Part shown: positions 11,888 through 25,057 of the stretch, piece by piece
Numbering within the stretch: position 1 is the first letter of the stretch
Layout: every line of letters starts with the position of its first letter
Assembly (NCBI RefSeq): GCF_006345805.1
Contig: NC_042997.1
Coordinates: 67,084,001-67,148,000, forward strand
DNA length: 64,000 nt
Source of the DNA: Octopus sinensis
Taxonomy: Eukaryota
Reading direction: 5' to 3'
Translations under genes and position numbers: made by a program
Notes under the pieces: model-generated
Seen by the model: only the letters and a program-made list of their open reading frames with translations
Databases searched by the model: none
What the model was told of the DNA's origin: nothing

Positions 11888-12471
11888 GTGTGTGTGTATA
11901 TGCATATTTATGATGTGTGTCTCTATATATACGTATGTATATATAATATATATTTATGTATATATGTATACATATACATACACGCACACTGACACACATA
12001 TAAAAATCTAACTTGCATTTAACCGATTCTCTTTGAAAAACCTCCATTTTTGTGTTGAAGATGTGGAGGCAGCCACAAGTATGCAAATATATTAACCATT
12101 ACTGCTCTACAAAATTCAGCTGGAATTTTCTTTTAATCTAAGTTAACATATCTCTAAATAAATACTTTTTGCTATTTTTTTTCGGTTACCTTTTATTTCG
12201 TTTTAGCCTTTTTATTCCCTTGAAACTTTAATACATCTCAAATCATACAACATTGAAATATGCGTACCTCTCGCATTCAGCTCTAACGAATTACATCCAA
12301 ACGATCGTGTTAAATTAAGAATAATCTATATATTTCAATATTTATTCCAGTATCTTACTATTTCCCATTGTATTTAAATTTATATTTCTGAATCGTTTCT
12401 TTTTTTGCTATTTTCTGAAACATGAAAACCATTTTTAAACCGCAAAAATTTAATATTATTTCATTGCACGA

Positions 12472-12685
12472 AGGCGGTCAGCAGCCAGAATCATTATCGC
12501 GTCGTACAAAATACTTAAAAGCTCTTCGTCCGTCTTTACGTTCTTAGTTCAAATTCCCCCACCTTTCATTGCCTTTCATCCTTTCCAGGTCGAGGAAATA
12601 ACATCAGTTAAGCACTGGGGACGATGTAAACGGCTACCCACCTGCACCAACATTTCAGACCTTGTGCCTATATTTGAAAGGATTA
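12472..12685 (+). mobile_element. SINE family A, diverged copy
   Basis: aggcggtcagcagccagaatc..agttcaaattcc..gcctttcatcctttccaggtcg. Confidence 0.8.
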
Positions 12686-12993
12686 TTTCATTGCACTACT
12701 AACTCTTTCATGTTTCAACCTAATTTGATATTGCCAGACAGTCTCTACCTTTTCTCATTCTTACATTTTAATATCTGTATATTGCCACATTTATTTTAAT
12801 GCATCTTTTATATCGCGCTGGTTTGCTCACTTATTATTATCCCGGATTTTCTGTTTGAAGCCTGTTTCCACACGGGAAACTTTCCTTCGTATAAATTCAT
12901 ATAACCACTTCTGCCTGAAATAATTGCTAGGGTTATCTGATCCCCTGTCATTCATTAAGATATATATATATATAATATATATATATATACACA

Positions 12994-13660
12994 ACCAGAG
13001 CCACGCTAATAGTTTAAGAGTGAAATTTAGGATTTCTCGGTTTTCTGTAAATCGATTTTTATAAAACTTTTCCCAGCTGGTTTGCACACTATGGCACCAT
13101 CATTGTTATGTTTCCATTATTCTGTGTAACACCCTTTCTTTTTTATTTCAGATTCTTCAGGTTTTGGGTGGACCACACAAATAGTTTTTAAATGAAAATA
13201 GCCCATCTAAACATTTTTTATTCAGAAAATGAAGGTTAATAATACATCCGAAGCATACATCGTGTATATATTTAACAGAAAACCATAATAACATCTATTG
13301 ACATAATGAACTATTTAGCCACATGAGCGCCAAAGAAGAAAGGATCCGACTGTAGGACCGCCAAGACTGTGACAGCTAGGGATTTAAGGAATATTGGCCG
13401 CAAGTTACGTGGGAAACCTGTACAAAGAAGCAAAGCCATTTTCACCGCCTCCCGACTTCCTCATGTACCGAAAATCACCAGAAATCGCATCCTCGGGATC
13501 ATGGCTTCCGTGCGAGAACCTTTGAAACTGCCTTCTCACAGGGGCTTGCGGCTTCAATGAGCTCAAAATTATATAAAGTTAGACTTGAGTTGTGTCCTGT
13601 TCACTGACGAAACCAGGGTGACCCTAGACGAACCTGACGGGTGAGCAAATGGTTGGGTCT
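12994..13660 (+). mobile_element. Tc1/Tc3-like transposon 5' fragment
   Basis: 13545-13660 translates RLQ*AQNYIKLDLSCVLFTDETRVTLDEPDG*ANGWV, matching the Tc1 VLFTDE..LDGPDG first catalytic motif. Confidence 0.75.
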
Positions 13661-13805
13661 ATTTCTCCATTTTTTCTTTCAATATATATATATATATATA
13701 TATATATACTCTACCTCTGGTATTCGAATACTATCTTTCCACCTTGTTTCGCATTTATGTGCCTATTCTGGTATATATATATATATATATATACACTATA
13801 TATAT

Positions 13806-13837
<32 letters not shown>

Positions 13838-13839
<2 letters not shown>

Positions 13840-14060
13840 CTTTGTGTCCGTGTTTGTCTCCCACTACCGTTTGGCAACCGGTGTTGGTATGTTTGCGTCC
13901 CCGTAACTTACCGGTTCGGCAAAAGTCTCCGATAGAATAAGTACCAGGCTTTAAAAAACGTACTGGTGTCGATTCATTCGACTAAAAATTCTTGAAGGCT
14001 GTGCCCCAGCAAGGTCGCTGTCTAGTGACTGAAACAAGTAAAGTATAAAGGATAACAGAT
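13838..14060 (+). mobile_element. SINE family B, 3' half
   Basis: Aligns with 61640-61850 (gtccccgt.actta.cggttcggcaaaag..ccgatagaataagtac; tgaaacaagtaaaag). Confidence 0.8.
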
Positions 14061-14813
14061 ACAGTAGTAAGAGAGATATCCGGAGGGAGGATAATGGCAA
14101 AATAGTAACTGTAGGTTTATTTCCTGTGGCAAGGTTAATATACAAAAAATAAAATAAATAAAAAACCTGTTGATGAAAGTCTTTGAAGCACCGAAAAATG
14201 AAAGATAAAAATATTGCTATAATGATAAAGTCAAAATGTGAACGGCCCGTAGGGCGGGAAGAGAGATGAGTGAGTGGGTAAGTGAATGGATAAAGATCAA
14301 AAGGTGAAAGATAATAGGTGAAGAAAGGTCATGGATTTGAGAACAGACATGTGAGGGTAGCGTAAGTTTTGTAGAAATGCTTGTTATATATGATAAATTG
14401 TGTGGGAGGAGGTTGGCCAGGAGGAGTGAACAAATGAAATAGAGAGATAAGAAAGAAGGGTTGGGGAAGAAATGGAAATGAAGAAGAAAGAAAGAAAGGA
14501 AGAAAGAAAGAAAGGAAGAAAGAAAGAAAGAAAGAAAAGAAGGTAGGAAGGAATTAAAATACAGAAAATATTGGAAAAGATTCAGGTCAAAATGGATTTT
14601 GGATGACAATTGAAAATAAAAAATATTTGAGAAAAAAGTAAGAAGTTTTAATAAAATGAAAAAGAAAAGTTATATTTTAGAATATAAATCTTAGTTGACA
14701 TCAGGAAGAAGATAGTAAAACAATAGATAAATATAAAGATGGATTTGGAACTAAAGAAAATATAAAAAGGAGCAATGATATCTTGGTGCAGAGAAGACGA
14801 GGTTATAATATAA

Positions 14814-15647
14814 CTAGCAGCATAGCCCGGCGTTGCCCGGGTATGAAAGAAACTTTGTCGATAAGCAATGCCCTTTACCTTTTTACCCTTTTTTCTACTC
14901 ATTGAACCGTTATTTTGTAAAATCATGGTCGGTCTCAAAGTGATATGGTTTTGTTGATTTCTCCCAATACTTGTTAACTGCATTGACAAAAGGTCGTTAG
15001 TTTGACATTTAATGCAAACAAGATGTCCAACATCGGTGTAGGGAAAATCTATGTGAACTTTCAAAAAATATCGCAGAAAAATCGGTTTGCTATGTGTGCC
15101 ACATATGGTGTAATTAACCGATTTTTTCCAGTAATAACGTATCCTATTGGAATCAAAAGGGCCATATAGTTCTTTGGAGCAGACATGATGCTCGCTGTGA
15201 ATTTCAAAAAAAATTCCTGCCAATTTGTTAAAGCTATTGTCGAAAATATGTCATCGTGAATTTGAACGCGATTTCCCAAAATGGCATGATTTTATCGATT
15301 TTTCTGATGGTAAGGTATTGCATGGAAAACTAACGTCAGAATTAAGTTCCTTAGGGTAACATTAAGCTTCACCATGAGTTTGGTGAAAATCGATTGCAAG
15401 TTGCGAAAACTACAACGGAAAATGTGTTGCATATGATAAGCTTAGATTCTCGACCCCATGTCGAATTAATCGATTTTTTTCAGAACTGGGGCAACTTTTC
15501 AAAATTTTCGCTGCGTTAGTTTTGAATTATGACATTGGGCTATGTGTGTGTCAAGTTTCATCAGAATCGGTTGAAAGCCGTGGTCAGGGTGAGGGGACAA
15601 CCTGACAGACACACAGACAGACAAACTACCTTTTATATATAGAGAGA
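14814..15647 (-). mobile_element. non-autonomous Helitron
   Basis: Minus strand 5' TC; 3' hairpin cccgggcaacgccggg followed by CTAG|T; shares ends with 4109-4491 but has a different internal sequence. Confidence 0.8.
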
Positions 15648-15651
15648 TATA

Positions 15652-15881
15652 AGGCGGCGAGCTGGCAGAAACGTTAGCACGCCGGGCGAAATGCCTAGCG
15701 GTATTTCGTCTGCCGTTACGTTCTGAGTTCAAATTCCGCCGAGGTCGACTTTGCCTTTCATCCTTTCGGGGTCGATTAAATAAGTACTAGTTAATCACTG
15801 GGGTCGATGTAATCGACTTAATCCCCTTGTCTGTCCTTGTTTGTCCCCTCTATGTTTAGCCCCTTGTGGGTAATAAAGAAA
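15652..15881 (+). mobile_element. SINE family A, young full-length copy
   Basis: Complete head-to-tail match to 1737-1970. Confidence 0.9.
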
Positions 15882-15979
15882 TATATAATATAATAAAACA
15901 GCGAAATGAAAAATAAGGTCGTATAGTAGGAACTACTATAATTCTTTGCCTTATCTATCTCACCCATATCTATTTTTCT

Positions 15980-18932
15980 CATAGCTTCCCAAAGTGGGCG
16001 ATGAGCGAATTTCTAGAAAATGGTGGGCGATTTGAGATTTTGGCAGGCGATATGACCATTTTGTGGGTGACAATGAATTTTTAGAAATTAAGTCTTCATT
16101 TACTGATATCTAGACATGCCTAGAATAAGGATGTACTTTTATCGATTTGACCACTTGCATGAGACGTCCCTTTGTATTAAAAACGCGGACTTGTTTATCG
16201 ATCAAATACTTTTGTCGCAGATGGTTGTCATGCGTGCTAAAAATAGCAACCAAATAGGCCTAGGCCTTAAATCACACTCCACAACAATTTTTGGCATAAT
16301 CATATGAAGGCCCGCGTGTAAAATTCAAATTCGCCAAAATTTCCCGAAAACTCTGAAAAAAAAAATTATGAGGGGTTATATGTCGTGCGTAATTCTGTGG
16401 TTTCATATCAAAACACAAGTGCTATTTTCAGGATGTTGACAAAATGTGCAGTCACGCGCAAAATGACAGCTTTGAAATCGTGTTTCTTTACTAGGTGAAA
16501 ATGATCAAACATTAAACCTCTATTAGTTTTTAAAAACATTTTTTTCTGGAAGAAGTTGAAAAACTCCAGCAATTTAGCTTGGAAAGGTACATTAATGTGC
16601 CAAATTTTAAAATTTTCGATAAACTTTAATTTTTGAAATGCTGGCAACCAAACAAACTAGATCCGTATTTGCTCCAGTAAAGACGTGTCATCTGACTCTG
16701 CCCTATTGACTTCTTCTTCTCTTTGGCAATACCCTACTAACTTTCTGACGCCACCTGTAGAAATTTGTTTTCACATTTTCATTTTACTGATGCCTTTAGT
16801 CAAGAAAATTTGTCGACAGTATAGTAGTGATTATATATCGTTTGGATTTATCCTCTCTCCTCAGAACTGTCAGTTACAATGTGCCTTCTTTGCCATCAAA
16901 GATTGATCAAAGAAGCAATGAAACCTTCACGCATGAAATATCACTATGATGCAAAGCATTCTGACAAGAAGGACAAGCCGATATCATACTTTTTGCAAGT
17001 GAGCTCCTCTTTCAAAAAGTAAATACAAACATTCAACACGCTACTCCAGGAAACTAATGAACAGGAGAATGACGGGTTGATTGCATCGTACAACATTGCA
17101 TTGCTTGTCGCTAAGTCTGGGAAGTTTTACACAACTGGAGAAACATTACTTCGCCCAGTTATCAAAGGGTTTTGTCAATCATTATGCACGAAAAATCCGA
17201 TAACATTATGAAGAAAATCTCATTTAGTAATAATACAATTTCTCGAAGCATCGATGAAATGGCCAACGATGTCAAACATCAGCTCATTAATATTCTCCAG
17301 CGTTCTGAATTTTCTATACAAGTGGATGAGTCAACTGTTGTAAAAAATCAATGTTTGATGATGGTATATGTTTGGTATTTCAGCGAAGAATTTCAACCTT
17401 CTGAGGAAATGCTTGATTCAAGAGGTGCAACTATTTTTCGCACTCTCAAGTTTTTCTTTTTTGAACATAATATCCCACTTAGTAATATTCTTGCCTGTGC
17501 GTCTGATGGAGCTCCTTCGATGATAAGAAGATACAGAGGTTTTTCATCTCTCCTAAAGCGTGAAATTTCTCACCAGATACTAACGGTTTATTGCTTGGCA
17601 CACTGGCAGCAGTTAGTGACAAAAAATATTAACGGTAGGTTGAATGATGCGCTACAATTAGTTGTCAAGACTGTGAACAAATTAAAGCCCACTTCCTTGT
17701 CTGATCGAATGTTCCGTCAACTCTGTCTGAGAAATGATGAGGACCATATTGAACTTTTATACCACATCGAAGTGCGGTGGCTGTCAAAAGGAAACCGTGT
17801 TTTACGCTTTGTTGAACCGTTTCATATAATCATATCTTCCTTTGAAGATACTCCACTATCCGCTTCATTGATGGTTGCAAGGTGCGATATCTTTTTTTTT
17901 TTTTGTGTGATATATTCAGAAAATCGAATGATTTGAATAAATTACTACAAGGAAACAGAAAAACTCTCATTGATTGTAAATCATTTATCACTTCTTTTCG
18001 AAATTGGTGTTGTATAAGACTAACATTTCAAAACATCAATTCCATCAATTTCCACAACTTGATTCTTTGAAAGATGAATTAGTTGATGAGCATTTAACTA
18101 CATATCACAGCTATTTACAATCATTACACGATGACATGGTGGAGCGATTTCAAGATGTTATTGTGCTGAATATTCCAAATTGGTATAGCAATCCGTTTGA
18201 GGTCGATGCAGTCGATTCCGAGGATGAATGATATTCAGTAGGAAGTGATAGAATTACAAACTGACAATGACGTCACAATGTGATATCGCCGTAATGGCAA
18301 AGAAGGTTTGTGGTACCATCAGAGTATATTGAATTCCTACCCCAGTCTGTGGAAACATCTGAAATTACTTTTGCTTGCCTTCCCTACCTCATACCTGGTT
18401 GAATCTAGTTTTAACAATGTTGGAACTTTATTTTCCCATAAAAGAATTGGACTGGATGTGACACAACGAGGAGACTTGCGGCTAAAGTTGACAAGTTTGA
18501 AACCGAATGTATCTGCACTAGCTGCATCGCACCAGACACATGGTTCTCATTAAAAAGTTTTATAAATCCTTTATAAAACAATCATTAATTGTTTTTGCAT
18601 CGGTAGTTCTGATCAATGTTCATTTGGGGAAAATGAAAATCAGTGTAAAACAAAGCGCAAGTTTCCAGAAGTTAATCTCTCTGCATGATACAGAGTTAAT
18701 GTTAGAATTTTATTGACACTAATGGCAAAACTAAACCCATAATAAGGGATTTGTAAACAACTGCATATTTAGTACAAACGGCACGAACAGGGCAACGAGT
18801 CTACGATATAGTGTGTGTATCAAATGATACGGGGAGGGGCTAAGGGATTTAGTGTTGGTGGGTTGTGTTAGGGTTTATTTTTACATAGGTGGGCCATATT
18901 GCAATTTGGCACGAAAAGTTTGGGAAACACTG
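15980..18932 (+). mobile_element. full-length decayed hAT (Buster/Charlie-like) DNA transposon
   Basis: Degenerate TIRs catagcttcccaaagt / agtttgggaaacactg; 8-bp flanks atttttct / atctatct; contains a transposase pseudogene. Confidence 0.75.
16770..18553 (+). pseudogene. hAT transposase pseudogene
   Basis: RQYSSDYISFGF, MKPS..YH..AKH, FSIQVDES, CASDGAPSM, CLAH, EVRWLSKG, FPTSYLVESSF, RGDLRLKL across frameshifted ORFs. Confidence 0.92.
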
Positions 18933-19470
<538 letters not shown>

Positions 19471-19724
19471 TTCATCTCCTCCTGTATCTTCGAATCAATA
19501 CTCTAATAATATAAATCATTTCGTCACATTTTCCAGTATCATGTATAGAAGTCACCCATCATTTCCACTCATGTTACTGTTAGTTTTTCCTCCATCGCGA
19601 TTTCCAGTCAAGTGCTGTGGCCTCGGACTGTAGGAGCCAGGTACCAGCAAGAGTGTTGCTCTTAATAAAGATGATCTTGCAGCCTAGTTTATAAAACACA
19701 CACTCACACGCACATAACACACTA

Positions 19725-19865
19725 CAGGCGTCTACACAATTTCCAATTACCAAATTCATTTGCTAGATATTTGTCGACTCGGAGCTATAGCAGAAGGTAC
19801 TGCGTAGAGGAACTGAACCCCAAACTATATGGTTAAGAAGCAAACTTTTTAATTATACAGCTGCA
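19725..19865 (-). mobile_element. SINE family B, diverged 5' part
   Basis: Minus-strand ggggttcagttcctctacgcagtacc..gaatttggtaattggaaattg aligns with 61440-61560. Confidence 0.55.
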
Positions 19866-20032
19866 TTTGTTCTTCGAAAAATGGCGGACACTTATCAAGA
19901 AATCTCGAGAAACACCACTGAAGCTTTATCGGAGACTCTCTTACAGAATCATAGCAACCACGATGGCTTCGTGAGTGTACCATCTCGGCTCTCAAGAATT
20001 TCGTTGTGCAGGATAGTCATGTTACTACCACA

Positions 20033-20288
20033 AAAAAGGCAAAGTTACCTTCTCGAGTCATATCGACTCGTAAGGGCCGGATTCCCGGTTTCATGGGGTA
20101 TTTATTTCTCATCTGGACGAGACGCGAGTCCGTTACAGGATTACTCATTTTGCCAGCTGAGTGAACTGGAGCAACGTGAAATGAAGTATTTTACTCAGGA
20201 ACACAAAGTGTCGCCCGATCCAGTAATCAAAACCCCAATCTTACGATCGTAAGTCCAACACTCTAACCACTAAGCCACCCGCCTTCAC
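20033..20288 (-). mobile_element. tRNA-derived CORE-type SINE
   Basis: Minus-strand head gtgaaggcgggtggcttagtggttagagtgttgg; cctgagtaaaatacttcatttcacgttgctccagttcactcagc. Confidence 0.75.
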
Positions 20289-20339
20289 ACCAATCATGCA
20301 AATCATTTTACACCGTAGTTAACGTTCACGATGCTGCCA

Positions 20340-20770
20340 ACTATGCAATAGTTTCTTAATTCTCTTCAGCCTACTGGTATCCTTCAGCACAAGCTGCAAT
20401 TTTAATGCCGAGAGAGAAGCCTATTATGTTGCTACAAAATCAGGATGCACCATAATTCTGTAATGGTGCACGGCTAGCTGCCAAAGCTTTTATACCGAAT
20501 GTGACCAAACGGTTATGACCGGTTATGCCAAAGGAAGATATATTTTCATTCTAAACATTCACCTCATCCTGTCATAAATGTCATTTCAGTTCAATCACCT
20601 TCAGCTTTGAATGGCTTAGTATTATAATGTGACATTTAACAAGCGAAAGAAGCAGTCCTTCAAGATTGCTGACGTTAAAGCGATACGTTCATGTTTCTAT
20701 CATAGTCAGTTCTTTGTTGCTTAGACACAGACCAGGCCAAGCTCATTCGAACATCGAAACACAAAACAAG
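20340..20770 (+). pseudogene. Helitron PIF1-helicase C-terminal remnant
   Basis: FLNSLQPTGILQHKL, PIMLLQN..CNGARL, FQFNHLQL, TFNK..QSF, CFYHSQFFVA match the PIF1 motifs LCNGTRL / TINKSQGQS / FSHGQLYVA. Confidence 0.75.
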
Positions 20771-21365
20771 AATATATATTAGCGACAGTGGCATTATTAA
20801 TACCGATAAATATCACCTTACAAATCAAGAAATGTTACCGAATAAAGCCGATTCCTTTTAGACTCTCTTCTGTTTTAGGCACTGTTTGTCCACTTTGAAT
20901 TTTGAGAAAACATATCAAGAGCACTGAAATGACATTTTCTTAAACCAAATATTTAAAATTATGCATTAACATAAACAAGCTCAAAAACTTTACATAACAT
21001 ATCAAGGTTGACAAGTTAATACTTCTACCTATTCCACATGCAAGCATCGCAGGATAACTCTGCTTGCTAGTGTGTGTGTGTATGTGTTTGTGTGTGTGTG
21101 CGTGTGTGCGTGCGCGTGCGCATGTTTCTGTGTGTGCCTGAGTGCGCGTACACGTGCGTGTATACATACATATATAATAATAATGAAATTATATATATCG
21201 GCATTCACATATACAGGCATATATATACACACACACGTGTATGTATGTATATGTGTGTATGTGTATAAAGAATTTTAGTCAATCGTATCTTTGTACATAA
21301 GTATATTTGCATTTATGTATTTACTTAAATTATGTAATAATCTATATTATTAAATATTACATATA

Positions 21366-21411
<46 letters not shown>

Positions 21412-22087
21412 TACATGCAGGCATACATACACACATACGTATGCATGCGCGCGCGTGTGTGTATACACATAAATATAATTGTTTACATAAATACAGAAAG
21501 ATAAATATCTCGTCAATTTGATTAGATTCTTTCAAAATATAGCTTGTATTTTGAGACCCATTAATCAATTTACATTTTTCTCTGTATTGCAAAAACGGGA
21601 TATAATTAGCAATAAGCAAACACATGTCTTAAGAAATATTAAAATTGTATCTTCTTTCTTTCAGTCACATCTGGACTGTGTATATGTAGACTTTGGAAGA
21701 TATTAGACGAATTCTGTATAGACTTTTTGCGTTGCTGCAAAATTTTGAGATATGTTTTAAGTGATTTTGTCAAAAACTAGAATAAAGCATCCTATTTCTT
21801 TACATGTCAACATTCCAGTTGACATTTAATAGACGGATGGAGAGCTCATTTGGTAACTGACTTTGAGTAACCATGGGCTGAAGAAAGGCAACGTCTACTT
21901 GCACGGCTCAGATCGTAAAGGGAAGTAATGAAATACCGTATGTCATCGTTGCCCTTTCAAACAAAAAGTACCTGCAAACATATCGCATAATGTCAAATAA
22001 ACAGGTCTAGCTATTTGTATGAATGACACCGATTGACTTGATCAATCTTTACTCTATCTAACCTGTAAGGCTTAAATTATCAAGTCT

Positions 22088-22268
22088 TTCATTCTTTTAC
22101 TTGTTTCGTCTTTGGACTGCGGCTATACTTGGGCACCGACTTCAAGGGTTTTAGTCGAATGAATCCACCCCAGTACTTTTTTAAAAACTTGATAATTATT
22201 CTATCGTTTTCTTTTGCCGAACCGCTATGTTACAGGGACGTAAACAAACTAACTCCGGTTGTCAAGTA
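22088..22268 (-). mobile_element. SINE family B, 3' half
   Basis: cttttacttgtttc..cttttgccgaaccgcta.gttac.gggacgtaaac is the reverse complement of the family B 3' region. Confidence 0.75.
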
Positions 22269-22683
22269 GTAATTCAGAAACTAAATAAGTTATTGATCTT
22301 GTTCAGTATATTAAAGCTAAGTTGTATATTTAAAGTAAACAATTTCAATAACATTGTACACATGGTCGGGTATAACGGCGTAATTAAGAAATTTGTTTCC
22401 CATGTTTTTGTTTGAGATTTAAGTTCTTCTGAGTAGAATTCAAGCTGGTCGCTAATAAAATGACAAGTCTTTTCGAGTTCCCGGGTTTGTAAATATATGC
22501 TTGAGTTAGTGTGTGTATATATGCAGGTGTATGCACCTGCACTTATGCTCTGTGTGAACACATAACTTTAATGCTTTAATGCTTTTGGTGTTTGTGGGTG
22601 CGCGCGTTCATGTGTGTATATTCTTGTGAGTGATCATTACTTTTTACATATGTGTCTTTGTAGATAAATACTTGTAGATACCA

Positions 22684-22716
<33 letters not shown>

Positions 22717-22740
22717 TATATATATATATATATATATAAA

Positions 22741-23010
22741 TTTAAATTCTGATGAATTAGGTACTTAAGTTGAGGCAACAGAATTTAGTATGGTATTATC
22801 CATACAATTTCAAAATAAGGTGATTAAAATCAAAATAAGCAACAAGGATATCCAGAGGTAAAGCAGTACGTTTCATACGACTTCATTTAATTGAACAATG
22901 CAATCATTTCATTACATCAATTTAAAATGTAGAGCAATTTTCAGCTGCACAAAACATAGAATTTAATTAAATTAGGACACATTAGTATAATTTTACCTAA
23001 AATCTCCAGG
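22741..23010 (-). mobile_element. Penelope-like 3' terminal fragment with decayed hammerhead
   Basis: Reverse complement aligns with 32885-33040 and 31685-31770; core decayed (gcagCTGAAAA..cgtatGAAACGTActgc); abuts (TA)n. Confidence 0.7.
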
Positions 23011-23145
23011 AGGATAAGGAGATACACAAGAAATATATGATGATGTTGTTGGTAAAATATGTTCATAGGAGAATAGTAACCTTATATAAATTTGGCAGAC
23101 AATCCTCCTAGTGCTAATTTCACAATTTCATTTGACAAGATAGTT

Positions 23146-23192
<47 letters not shown>

Positions 23193-23653
23193 GAAGAAAA
23201 CACCTACGTCATCGATGGCACCTATACAAAAAGTCCTTTTTCTATAATTTTAGCATGTTTTCATTTTATTTTCTCGAAAGTGCTTTTTTTGCTTTGTAAT
23301 TGGAAATACTTCTTGAAGGATTTTCAGTTTTTTCCCCTTTTTGGTTTAGTAGCAAGAAGTATTTGAAAAGAAAAAGTTAAAAGTAAAACATGAATCAACA
23401 CTATCAGAGCAAATGTATACGTAAGAGCCATCAAAGTTTTCCATGTAAATTTTATAATACTGAAATTGACCACTTCAAAATTACAGCTGGTTTTCAAAGA
23501 TCCTGGAATCTTTCATCCTGTTGATTACGAACAACATGGCTGCAGTTACTAATGTAGCAATGAAAGCATTATCACTTACATTAAATTAAAAAATAAAATA
23601 AATTAAATTGAAAAACGAAAAAGCAAGTGAACATAAAAGAACTACTTACTTCA

Positions 23654-24001
23654 AAATCTGAGAGAGGAATATGTTGAATAAAATCATAATTAACTGATCC
23701 TTCTGTATTTTCTTTAACCCAAAGTCAAGATCTTTTCAGCACATCCTCGTGTGTGTGTGTGTGTGTGTGTGTACACATTTACAGATATATATATGTATAT
23801 ATATAAATATATATACACGAGGATGTGCTGAAAAGTTCATGGTTTTGGGTTAAAGAAAATACAGGAGGATTAGTTAATTATGATATTATGCAACATATTC
23901 CTCTCTCAGATTTACATACTTATTGCGACGACGTTCTTTCAGATTTTCTAAACCCTGTAAAGGTTCACCTTTAAAGCCAAGAATTTTTCAGTGCCCTCTC
24001 G
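23654..24001. mobile_element. mariner-type MITE (23818-24001) plus inverted partial copy (23654-23749)
   Basis: TIRs cgaggatgtgctgaaaagttc / gaatttttcagtgccctctcg; the upstream 96 bp are the reverse complement of its 5' part. Confidence 0.75.
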
Positions 24002-24015
24002 TATATATGTGTTTG

Positions 24016-24120
<105 letters not shown>

Positions 24121-24209
24121 GTGTGCGTGCGTGCGTGCATGTGCGTGTGCGTGCGTGCGTGCATGTGTTGTGTGTGCATGTGTGTGGAGGCGCATGGCCT
24201 TCGTATCCG

Positions 24210-24580
24210 TCATTTCATCATCATCACCACTACCGTTATCATTATCACCACCTTCATCACCTCACTACCATCGCTATCGCCACCGCCAACAACAACTACC
24301 ACCACCACCTTCATCACTGCACCGGCTCATCGGTCAATTCACCGCTTTCATCACACGACCACCACCATCTGGCTACCGTTTCACTCAGCACCAACACTAC
24401 AACCTCTATCACTCTACTTCTATACCAGCCTCCTGCATTTATCAACACCGCATCCATCCACCACAAGCACCTCCACCACCCCCGTCACTACCACCAATGT
24501 CTCTGCCACTACACCCGCCTCTGTCGCTCCTCTAGAACCACGTCCATTTATCATCACCGCGTTCCTCCATCACCGTCACG
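24210..24580. repeat. degenerate (ACC/ATC)n low-complexity tract
   Basis: Visible directly; follows a long (GT)n tract. Confidence 0.8.
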
Positions 24581-25057
24581 TCTGTAATTCTAACGCTGAC
24601 ATTTCCAATCATTCTATCACGATGAGTCCGATATAGTGTAGGTTGCCCCTTTCGTTGTTCTATGCCCAAGGCAGACAGTTTTAATTCTTTTCAACAATTA
24701 ATTGAATTGAAGTATGCAAAAATCAATTAGCCAACCTAATGACTCGAGGGATTGCCTGCAGTAGATTTAAAATCGTATTATGTGAGCTGGTGCCCAGCAT
24801 ATTATCCATTCAGCCATAGCATCAAACAATAATATTTCATAACCCATTCAGTGTTAATGGCCTTCTTTAACACGTACTAAAATGATGGTACTCTGACGGA
24901 TACATATAGTTTATTGATCTGCGAGAAATAACAACTAAATATCTCTCAAATCACAGTATTTAAAAGGAAGTAAGCATTGGATGATTTAGTCCGGGAAATA
25001 CTTTTTTTTAAATAATTAAATTTGTAAGAAGGAACTAACCAATCAAATCGGTTCTCA

